A program made the translations under genes and the position numbers. Of a stretch of 64,000 nt of DNA, positions 12,580 to 23,276 are shown one piece after another. The notes under the pieces are model-generated. The model was not told the DNA's origin. It did not search any database and saw nothing but the letters and a program-made list of their open reading frames with translations. The number at the start of each line of letters is the position of its first letter. Positions within the stretch are counted from its first letter, which is position 1. The stretch is from positions 116,306-180,305 of the forward strand of contig MU619283.1 in NCBI GenBank assembly GCA_025201805.1, read 5' to 3'. This stretch comes from Parasitella parasitica NRRL 2501. Lineage: Eukaryota; Fungi; Mucoromycota.

Positions 12580-13747
12580 ATGCTCCCAACTCAGTTGTTT
12601 GTTACGCCCACTCCAGCAATGACCAGTTCCTCAGGAAGCCACCAAGATCTTGCAGATTTTGCGTCTTCCATGGTTTATTTAATGTGGCATGCAAGAAAGA
12701 CAACCAAAGCCTTAGTTTCAGAACGATCCTATTCACCTTCATTGGTTGGAAACGATCTGGCTTATTTGATGTGGCAATCAAGAAAGCCTATGACTAAAGC
12801 TCAACATTATTCTCCTCTTGGTGGTGATCACTCCCTCTCCTACACCGCAAGCCCTGCATTCAAAAAATTCTGTTATCAGGTAGAGATCTTGTTTGAAATG
12901 CTATTTTATCGCTCTAATTTTTCTGTTAAAATCAGGTGCTTACGGCTACTCAATTGCAGGAATCCGCAGTATATCTTTCCTTAAAGTACATTGCTATCCT
13001 CTTACAATCCAATCCTTCAATCGAAGGCGCAGAAGGCTCAGAATATCGCCTGTTCATCGTTGCTTTAATGTTGGGTAAGACCTCAAACATAACCCTTGCT
13101 TTTGTTATGATTATTTACTAACGTGTTTATTTCAAAATACTACAGCCAACAAATTCCTGGATGATAATACATTCACAAACAAAACTTGGTCAGACGTAAG
13201 TGGAATGAAAGTTCATGACCTGAATATCATGGAGGCGGAATTTCTTGAAGCTTTGGAGTACAATTTGTTTGTTCGCGAACACGATTATACTGTTTGGAAA
13301 CACCTTTTAGAAAGATGTCGTGAAAGAGCACAGATGTCGTACTACGATGGTCCTCAACAACGCCAGCAACTAGTCTTGATGACATTGCAAACCTTGGGAC
13401 TCCACACGCCGTCAACATCACCCGCTTCTCCTACAGTGAGCTCATTCCATGACGATTGGGACGCTGCAGCTGCAAGATTACAGCTGGAAAACTCTCATCG
13501 ACGATATCAGCATTTTTTGCAACAAAAGGCTCCTCCGACCCAATTACCTTACGTTATGCAACCACCTGTCGGTTACGGGTATAGCGCAGGTGGATACATG
13601 AATGACTATCCTATCACCAATTTGTCTCAATCCTCATGGGATCCCCTTGCTTACAGTCTTAACCGTTGTCAAGATTTTTCATACTACTCCACCAGCCATC
13701 AAAACTTTGCTACTGCCAGACCCATTTCTTGGAGAAATTACAACTAA
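12580..13747 (+). CDS. Pho85-type cyclin (Pcl/Clg1-like), 3 exons
   Basis: Spliced cyclin-box: FKKFCYQ|VLTATQLQESAVYLSLKYI...GSEYRLFIVALML|ANKFLDDNTFTNKTWSDVSGM...LNIMEAEFLEALEYNL. Confidence 0.85.
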
Positions 13748-13893
13748 CCGAACTGACGACCAAAAAATATGGATAAGCATAGCCGTCCTTTATTTTCTCG
13801 TTACAACTATAGAAAAAATAGTTCTTTGTATCAACAAGATTGACCCACTTGTTTGATTCATGTTGAAGATATTTTTGTCATCAAATTTTCTTT

Positions 13894-13985
<92 letters not shown>

Positions 13986-13995
13986 NNNNNNNNNN

Positions 13996-14027
<32 letters not shown>

Positions 14028-15115
14028 CTCGCCTCTATTTTTTAACCAACTTGCTTACAACTTATCCCACTATTTTTTTAACCCAAAAAAAATTATAAAA
14101 CGGTCAAAAAATAACAAAAACAAAAGAATGATTCATAGCACCAGGATACCAAAATGCAATATAGGAATCAAACAAGGACATGTCAATTTTTTTCATTGAA
14201 AAAAAAAGGTAAAGTACTTGAATGATTTATCCGGGTTTATTGATTGGTAGTTATGCTGTGCTCTTTACTCTCTGGTTTCGTTTCATTTCCTCATCTTTCT
14301 CTTGGTTTTTACCGGTCGAAAACCTTGGTCAGTTTTGAAAACTGACCCTGAAACGTTTGTGTTTATGATTTTAGATCAGTATGTGATAAGAAAGATAGTA
14401 GTGGGGGGGGGCAGAGAGCTTTCTTTTCTTGGCTTTTTTCATTGACCAAATAAAAATAATTAACAATTTTCTTGAATTATCTATATTTAAGGCTAAACAT
14501 GCTGGAGGTATCTCAAAAACATTCTTCGCATGCAAAAAATTGGTTAATATGCGAGTTGGGCAGGCAAAGCACCTTCACATTTAATTTAGTATGTAGAAAA
14601 GTGAGTTCCATATGCCTGACAGAGACATCATTAAAAATGAGCCTGTCATTGACTAGTGAGCGAAAGATCAAAGGAAGCTTCCTATAGACTATTCTGGCCC
14701 TTGATGATAGCAACTATTAAATGAAATTTTTGACGTTACTTAAAAGGAACCTCTAATAGGCGATCCTTCTCTAAATATAATTGCACTATTTTTGTCCTTA
14801 ATTGGCATTTCCCTTCAGTTACGGATCGTTACCGTATACTACTAAACGTATCCAATTACCATATTATAATAATTCGAGTCTAATAAAGCTTTTGATGTGC
14901 AAATCTTGACAGTTAACAAAAGGCGTAAGTGCATGTGAACTAAATAATATAATATTGCGTTCACCATTTTGTTACACGCTCTTCCAAGATGTGGAGATTT
15001 AAAAGGAAGGTAGTAATAGTGGTAATTAAGATAATTTCCACCTTGGGCGCTAGTTTCTCTTCTCCTCTTCCTCCACTCCTTTTACTTTTTTATTCCTGAA
15101 TATAGATCGAAGGAT

Positions 15116-16103
15116 ATGAAGACTTTTACAAGTTTATTATATGTAATATGGGCTACAGCATTTGTTCTGGCTTCTTCATCAGCTTCCTTTGTGGACCTCT
15201 CCAACACATTTCTTCTACAAACCAATAACAATAATCAGAATGATGATATAGACATGAGTAGATTTACACACCTACTATCCAATCATCTACTATTTGACCA
15301 TTTTGACAAAGCATATCTTCAACTCTCGAGAAAAATCTCGTTTCAATTTAGAGATGCCATCCAAGTCAAGGTTAAAAAGATAAAATCAAAAGGACCTGGC
15401 AGTAGCAGCGTCAGTAGCAATAGCAACAGCCCTGCTTCGACAGTGGCTGCAGTTCCACCACCAGTAGATGTGCAAATATTGAAGCGACAGCTAAAAGGTG
15501 CCGTTGGATGTAAGTTTTTCTTTTTCGTATCTATCGCATTTGTTGCTCATAATCTTTTTATTTTTATTTTTATTTATAGCATTTGTCGAGGATAAATTGC
15601 CAGCAATCCTGACCAATAGATATAACACCACAAGTTTACAGAATCAATTGGATGAGTTACTTTATCAGTACTGCCCTAGCATCTATAAACATCAGCAACG
15701 TACGATATCATACCAGTGTTTACTAGACAATCAAGAATCATTCTTTCAAGACATTTATTCGTACACAACATATGAGCTACAATCGACTTTATTAAAAGTA
15801 AATGAGTATGATTTGCCGAGACTGTTTGAAAAAACAAGAGCACAAATCTCGGGGATCTTAATTCATTTCAACCAGCATACATTAGACAGAAATCACCATC
15901 GACTTGAGCTCAAAATCAAGGCAGCAAAAACATCATCAGTGCCTCCAGAGGGTACATCATTATCGCTACCCGCCAGCTACAGTAACAGCAAGTTTCGCAA
16001 TTGGATTTCGCCAGAAATGATTCTTGATTTTGTCACGACTGTTACCCACTCTGACAATGAAGAAGGAAATACCATCCAGCATTTTATAGATTTATCAATG
16101 TAA
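15116..16103 (+). CDS. Secreted hypothetical protein (2 exons)
   Basis: N-terminal signal peptide MKTFTSLLYVIWATAFVLA; GT-AG intron at ~15510-15579 joins the two ORFs. Confidence 0.72.
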
Positions 16104-16161
16104 AAATAAAAGAATGACAGGGAAATAAAAGCTTGTTTATTATATACACATTAAAAGTAGT

Positions 16162-18576
16162 CTACATGCTGCTATCGCTATGGTTGCTTGATGACAATTT
16201 TGATTCTATAAGTTTCAATTTTTGTATCACGGTAGAGTTGATTGGAATATTATTAAGAGGCATATCTTGCACGATGATTTCTTTTGCCAAGTGAGGCTTA
16301 CCGAGGCCGACTAAACCATCTACAAGTTTGGTATATGTGTCCACATCTGCTTTATATCCAGTCTCATGTTCCATCCGAGTGATATATTTGCGTGCCTTTT
16401 GTATTTTGCCTTTCCTGGCCAATATAGTAATCAGGTTTTCATATACTTGCTTTTCAGGCTTCATTCCACGACTTCGCATTGATTTGAATAACTTCTCGGC
16501 TATGTTGGCATATTTTGTGTCTGCTGTGGCTGCATCTAATAAAATCTTGAATGTCATGCCATCTACTGCAATACGCTGAGTCTCTTGACCAGGGAATAAC
16601 TCGCCACGATTGTTTCGAAGAAGTAACCCTGTCATTTTTTGTATACCCTTTTTGGGGAGTAGATTGGTAATGGCGATATTATTGAGATAAACTTGGTCTG
16701 CTTGAGATGCCGTGGGCGATTTGAGTAGCTTATCATACAGGCTGTCTCTCATATTGCTTGATGAGTCATACGAGCTGAGCATTGTGCGCATGGTAGATAA
16801 ATCTGGTACGACACTGACGAGCTTCATATGAGTGAGGATATCCAAAATTTTAGAGTAAGCAGCCGCTTTGTTTTCCATTACTGTTGTACGCATGAGCAGG
16901 TTGAAATCAATGACATCTGGCCCGTTTGTGTGAGAAGCGACAGTTTTAAACGTTGATTTTGCAGACTGTACATCGCCTTTGTTGAGATAGCAAGCAATTA
17001 AAGACGACAAACCAATATGCGTAAGAGACAGATCGAATCGCTTGTTCAACTCCAAAGCCTTCTCGCATATATCAACCCGTCCCGTTTGAGCAGCAAGACT
17101 GAATAAAGCTCGTAATGCCGTTCTCGCTAAATTCGGTTTGAGATCAGGCACCAATTTCTCAACTTCGACGGAGACGGTTTGGGCTGCATCTAATTGCTTG
17201 GAACGTATCAAACAACGTAAAACATGCACTCTTGCTTCGGCCAAATTAGATTCAGGGTATAATTCTTTACATCTTTTATAGAGCCTCATTGCATCCACAT
17301 GGTATTTCAATTTCGCAGCATATGTCAGCAATGCTTGCATCGCATACAAAGGTACCGCCAAGTTGTGTTTCTCCATTTTCTCCCAAACACTGACTGAATG
17401 ACTAATGTTTTTTTGTGATAGATACCAAAATATTAATTTCTGAGAACATTGCTGTGCCCCGGTTGTATCTTGCATAAAAATTGTATCTGATAGTAGTTTC
17501 TCTGCTGTGTGTAATTGTCCAGTATAGATGCTTTTGTCAAGTAAGTTTTTAATAATCGAAAGAGTGCTCATACCAAGATATCGCTTTTGTCTATAAATAT
17601 GTCGCATGTCATTCAATCGCCACTGCTCCATACAGTCCATTGCAAACAGATTAAAAGCCTCGTTTAGCAATTGCCGATCATCCCCAACACACCTCTTGAC
17701 TAATTGTGCCAAATCTTGATCAGAGCAATTTCTCTTTAAGAAATGCACTGCGGCATCCAACTGGTTTGTTGCGACCTTGCACGAAATAACAGAGCTTACC
17801 ACGTTTCTGGTGGGCAATAACTTCATCTTTTGAATATGGCTCAGCCAAAAATCTATTCTATCTTGCTGTTTGTTTTTCGATAGCACCCTGATGACAGCTT
17901 CAAACGTAGCCATACTCACTTTATTCCATTTCTTTATCGTTTCAGTCAGTAGATCATCTGCTCGCTTTGTGTAATTCAATTCTGTCGCAAGGTAAATCAA
18001 TTTTTCTGCATCTTGTAATCGATAGTGCGCATTTTGGAATTTTCCACGTTTGACATCTTCCAATATGTGAAATGCCTCGAAAAATGGTGTATTCGTAGTA
18101 AGGTCGTCAGGGTTGGACATGAATCGGGAAACAAGGCTATCGATATCTGCTCGTGTCAAATGCGAAAAATGGTGTGATCTTTGCTTGAGCATTTCATAGA
18201 TTTTCAGTAATTTCTTCCTATTTTCTCGTCGAATAATGGTTTTTCGAGTATGAGGTGAATATGCTGAAATGCTGGGGTCAGAATTCTTCAAAGACATCGA
18301 GGTTTCATGGTATAACTCATTTCGCAAGCTTTCAAGTGAATTTTGATTAGCAAGAGCGACAGAGGAAGAAGATGGTTTATTTGGCTGTGGTTTGTATGGC
18401 TTAATCTTTGGATTGGGTGTGGTGGGATTGGAAGATGTTGATACAAGTGTTGTATTCCGCCGTATATGATGAGCCAGTGCTGGGGTCCTTCTCGAAAGGC
18501 AGTTGTGACATAGTCGTGCGAGCAGTTTTTGGGACTTCCAGCCTTCTCTAGATGATATAATAGACTGGAATGACAT
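16162..18576 (-). CDS. Pentatricopeptide repeat (PPR) protein, probably mitochondrial
   Basis: Single long ORF. PPR motifs such as AEKLFKSMRSRGMKPEKQVYENLITILARKGKIQKA and PDVIDFNLLM. Basic Ser/Arg-rich N-terminus from MSFQSIISS at 18576. Confidence 0.85.
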   Translation of the reverse strand: MSFQSIISSREGWKSQKLLARLCHNCLSRRTPALAHHIRRNTTLVSTSSNPTTPNPKIKPYKPQPNKPSSSSVALANQNSLESLRNELYHETSMSLKNSDPSISAYSPHTRKTIIRRENRKKLLKIYEMLKQRSHHFSHLTRADIDSLVSRFMSNPDDLTTNTPFFEAFHILEDVKRGKFQNAHYRLQDAEKLIYLATELNYTKRADDLLTETIKKWNKVSMATFEAVIRVLSKNKQQDRIDFWLSHIQKMKLLPTRNVVSSVISCKVATNQLDAAVHFLKRNCSDQDLAQLVKRCVGDDRQLLNEAFNLFAMDCMEQWRLNDMRHIYRQKRYLGMSTLSIIKNLLDKSIYTGQLHTAEKLLSDTIFMQDTTGAQQCSQKLIFWYLSQKNISHSVSVWEKMEKHNLAVPLYAMQALLTYAAKLKYHVDAMRLYKRCKELYPESNLAEARVHVLRCLIRSKQLDAAQTVSVEVEKLVPDLKPNLARTALRALFSLAAQTGRVDICEKALELNKRFDLSLTHIGLSSLIACYLNKGDVQSAKSTFKTVASHTNGPDVIDFNLLMRTTVMENKAAAYSKILDILTHMKLVSVVPDLSTMRTMLSSYDSSSNMRDSLYDKLLKSPTASQADQVYLNNIAITNLLPKKGIQKMTGLLLRNNRGELFPGQETQRIAVDGMTFKILLDAATADTKYANIAEKLFKSMRSRGMKPEKQVYENLITILARKGKIQKARKYITRMEHETGYKADVDTYTKLVDGLVGLGKPHLAKEIIVQDMPLNNIPINSTVIQKLKLIESKLSSSNHSDSSM

Positions 18577-20440
18577 TACCCTTCTTTTATATGAAAAGAG
18601 AGAAAAAATGGTCTTTTTTTTTTTTTTTTTTTTTTTTTGACTGGTGAATAAACTTGTCAAAAAGAAACCCCCAGAGTCTATCGGGCAGGGTCATGGTATT
18701 GAAAATATTCTTTTCTCTATTCAGCGGCTATCTAAAAGTCAATTTGACCAACAGATGTCATCAAATCTCCATTCAATGTGTTCTATCAAGTTAATATGTA
18801 GGTCTCCACAGAGATTATGAATCTTATGATTATTGTCACGATTGGGTGAAAATCAGCTCAAATAAAAGATTTTGAGTTAGAGTATTCAGTCTTGGGTAAG
18901 AGTTTTTTCTCATCACTCCTGAAATGAATATATAGTTTTTCGATTCTCACAGAGAAACTAGTCTTTCATAACAGTGATACGCCCTGGCTATATCTTCTAT
19001 ATTAGGTATTATGTAGAGATTAAAAATATAATTGTTTTGTTTCACCAAGATGTGCTTTGCATTTGAATTTCATTTAGTAAAAATATGTATTCTCAATTGC
19101 ACATGTATAGCGTTCAAGTGCCATCACCATAGCAACCGTGTTTGAATTTAATCTATATTGTACATTTATCTTTAAAGCTTCAAGTGTTTAGGCAATACCA
19201 ACATGATCATCTATCTTTCAAGATATTGTTTGCTTTTGTAGCTACATTTTTAATGAATATATTGAGACCTTTGCAAAAAAAAAAAAAAAAAAGAAACTGG
19301 TTTTTGGAGTATTGCTTTTAAGCTAACTCACGCAGACTCGAGAGATAAAAACATGGAATTTTAATCAGTTAAATTTGCCCAGCAAAATATTATTTACTCT
19401 ATGAAATATAAAGTGGATCACTATTAGGCATAGCATTTCTATAGAATATCATAATTTGTAGTGAAACATCTAATATCAATAAAAAAAAACAGAAGTAAAA
19501 GTATTGGTAAATGTATTTAATATTCAAAAAATTAAGTTTTATGGTTATTAGAGCCTATCTTATGTATCAATTTTTTTTAAAAAAAAGGATGTCAATATGA
19601 TACAAACTCATATCAAAGAGTAAAACAAGATCATAAACTGAACATGACATGGCATTTGAAATAGATACAATCTATCCTATTGCTCGGATCTCATCGCTAA
19701 AACCTTTATCCCCACATCACTTCCCTTAGTTCGTAGAAAGTATATAAACCCTCTATTTCGAACTGTAGTAAAAAAGTGTAAAAATAACAATAGATACAAT
19801 TTAATTCCTTCTTTATTTTGGAAATAGGATAACGTGCAAAGGTTAGACGTTTATAATCTATTTATATTCGTTGTTATAAGCGGTCTGTCAGTCAGTCCTA
19901 CCGTAACTGTCAGTCGGACCAAGTTCAAGTTCGTCTGTATTTGATTTTACATAATCAAGTACGGCATTCTAATATTGATGTTTCTGACACATTTGTAAAT
20001 GACATGCATGGACCAGTCCTTACATTGGTCTATGCGTTCCAAATGTGGTTTGTGGTTCGATTTCTTTTAGTTGGTTCTTAATTGATTATGAATGCTTTGT
20101 GGTTTCACGGTAGATATTTAGGTAATCTGTTTGTTAGCTTGATTTGGAATCTTTAAGGTAGCTCCGTAAAAGATGACATTCAATTACTTTTTTTTGGGGA
20201 GTTCTATCACTTCAGCACATTACTGTCGTTCTAGCAAAATTTATTATGAGCAAATATCTGAATTGATGATTTTTTTTTCCCATAAATGTTATTGCTGCAA
20301 ATACATTGTCAGATAGTAACTAAGAACTTGAAAAAAAAGTTTGGTGTAATTCTAAGCACTAGCCTCGACTAGGATAAGAGTGTGCATTGTGTTGTGCCAG
20401 TGTTAAGTGCCAGCGGAATGCTTTTTCATAAATGTTATGT

Positions 20441-22551
20441 GAAAAGAGATAAACAAGACTTATTCTGAATAAAACCAGGTACAAAACTGAAGACTTTTAT
20501 TGACATAAGATATGATCTCTATTTACGCTAAAATATATCCCTGTTGTGAGGGCTCGGTTGCGGGATGTGATTTACCTGTACATTCGAATACAATACGCTT
20601 ATTGAACTATCCAATTACTCCGATATTCAAGTAGCTATTACTAAAATTCTACTTCTAGATGTATGGATAATATATAATAGAAAAGTTAACTTCAAGGGGA
20701 TAAAGAACTGATATTTATTAATTATGAATAATTGGAATATTTATATGTGATAACTGTTTGTTTGTTGGCGCTATACGCCTTACTCGCATGACCCTATTGT
20801 GGACATGCCCACTCACAACTGTTGGGTTAAAAAAGATAATAAAAACCAAATGTTAACGAGATACGAAAACTTAAAGATACTTTATTTAAGATCGAAATTA
20901 CATCTGCTATTTATACTTTTTACAACTACATAAATTTATGGTGACTTATTTAGATTACTAATTGATAAGACTAATTCACAGTGACAATCTACTTGACAGG
21001 ATACGATATGAGGTTATACAGCAAGGGCTACACGTCTTTGATCTGACAGTGTTTTAACCTTTATCCTGGTGCTCAGATCTGTGTTACTTACAGGAATAAC
21101 CTTCTTGATTTGAAACCGAGACTTTATTCTCCAATTTACACAGGCTTATCACATCACATCATTGGACAATCTTCAATCTTCAATTGAAGTACATTGCCAT
21201 GATCTCCTGTCTATAATTATGGCAGATCAACAACATTCCAATCAATGTTTACCCACATAACATCTGATGTTTGACAAGAAGTGTCAAACATTATTAAATC
21301 ACTGCATTTTCAGAAACAGACCTTGTCTTCAATTTTACGTTGAAGAGAAGATTGGGTAAGATGTCTCCACAACATCCCGCTGTCTGATCTTGATGTAATC
21401 GTTGAATTAGCCTAGAACCTTCAAAGAGGTTCAATTACAACTTGAAGCTTATTAGTTATTTACGTAAAAGAATTGCCAACAACAATTACTACTATCATGA
21501 TCTATACATTAAAATTATGTTAGATGTATGCCATATGTAGCCATTATATGGATGCAGCATTTCTACCACAACATGAACGTTTATATAATACATCGAGAGA
21601 TTTATTACGAATAAAAGTATAAATCTTTGGCAGATTTGTTTTAGAGAAGACTTTTGGCATAATAATAATTTCTGCTAAAATGACAGTAGAACCGACTTCT
21701 AACTTGGAAAACTTAGCATTGACTTGGCCCTATCTGGCAACAACATTGACATCTATACTAAAAGGATCTTTACCGGAATAATTTCTATTGAACTTTTCTA
21801 ATAAATCACAGACGTTCTACAATTCGTTCCAACCACCAAGACAGTTTACTACCATTCCTTTAAAACCACCATACGGGAGAGCCAAAAACACGTAATTGCA
21901 TTTCAAACTCCGACACAAAAAACAGAGAAACGTTTGATAGAGACATTGCCCAGTAGAAAGCAAGTTATACTCAGATAGCGATGATCATGTCTGATTTGAT
22001 GGCGCATAAGACAGGGTTTTATTTGCTCTCTATGGCAGGCTATTAGTGGCTATTCACCCAAATTCGTGGCTTCTGCTGATAGCTTTCTAGATATTGATGT
22101 AGACATTGTTGCAGAAATTATTTAAACTAATTATAGCATTTTCGTTTTTGAAGCAAAAAAATGGATTTTAATTATTGTGTTTGTATAAAGTGTCGACATT
22201 TGTCATACTTAATTTATTTATAATATAGCGATCATAATAGTAAATTTAGGTAATTCTTTTACAAATAAGTAATAAGCTACAAATTGTAATTGAACCGCTG
22301 AGAGGTTTTTAGATTAATTCGGGGAGACATCTTATCCAATCTTCTCTTTAACGTAAAATAGAAGAATAGGTCTGTTCCTGGAAATGTTGTGATTTAATAA
22401 TGTTTGACACTTCTTGTCAAACATCAGATGTTGTATGGATAAACATTGATTAGGATATTTTTTAGTTTAAATAGAGATAATATATTATGTCAATAAAAGT
22501 CTTCAGTTAGTATTTGGTTTTATTCAGAATAAGCCGTGTTTATTTCTTTTC
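20441..22551. repeat. Long degenerate inverted repeat (left arm ~20441-21535, interrupted; right arm ~22200-22551)
   Basis: Several blocks match as reverse complements: TTATTCTGAATAAAACC / GGTTTTATTCAGAATAA; CATCTGATGTTTGACAAGAAGTGTCAAACATTATTAAATCAC / its reverse complement at ~22389-22430; AGAGAAGATTGGGTAAGATGTCTCC / GGAGACATCTTATCCAATCTTCTCT. Confidence 0.85.
20542..21235. mobile_element. Solo-LTR-like insertion (694 bp)
   Basis: Segment absent from the right arm of the inverted repeat. Begins TGTTG and ends CAACA. Flanks are TCCC/TTCC, a possible degenerate target-site duplication. Confidence 0.6.
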
Positions 22552-23276
22552 CTAAACTAATTCACAGGAATTTAGTGGATAAGAGTTTACGGATCATCGG
22601 TAAAACAAAAGCCCAGATATGTATAAAGGATAGAACGTTCTTCGTAGTAGATTTGGAGGAAGTGCATTCGTCAGGATTTAACACTATTTTCAGGAACAAA
22701 ATGCTATATGCTATCACCACTCTGTTCTCATGCTCGCTTTAAGATGTATTGTACCAACTATAATACATTACCGCTAGGAGTTGATCTATATCCTAAAGAG
22801 AGGTCAAGAAATTGAGCATTTTTTCAATCAATAGCTTATCAAGTTATCAGAAGGAAACATTTTTGATGCATTTTGCTTCGGTGGCTTTCTGCTTTGACAG
22901 CGTATGAAGTCTCAACATGATTTGTGATATTGTTAACGTCTAAGGTTAGATGTTCCGGGTGGTACTCACATACTTTTAATTGTCTACCACAGGGGAAAAA
23001 AACGATCAAGATTAATCATTGTTGATCAATTTGCTAGTTAATTGGTTGCTTAATCATTGGTAATAAATTTATGTGGAGGAAACATGAGTTTTATTAAAAG
23101 CATGTTCCATATATCAGCTTCAGCCGTTGAAGGCTTCTAATCATGGAGGTAATCGATGGTGGTAAGTTTTTTAGATCATGAATGTTATTTAAAAAGCGCC
23201 AGCAGGATTTCTTGTTTCTCGCGTTTGCCACCAAAACAGAAGACCTTCTCTTTTAATTACATTTTTATATAGAAAA

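Noticed and set aside
20010-20077. tRNA-like sequence (GGACCAG...TGG...GGTTCGATT...TTGGTTC)
   Set aside because: A possible acceptor stem and box B exist, but the T-stem and anticodon stem do not pair. At most a decayed pseudogene; tRNAscan-SE would decide.
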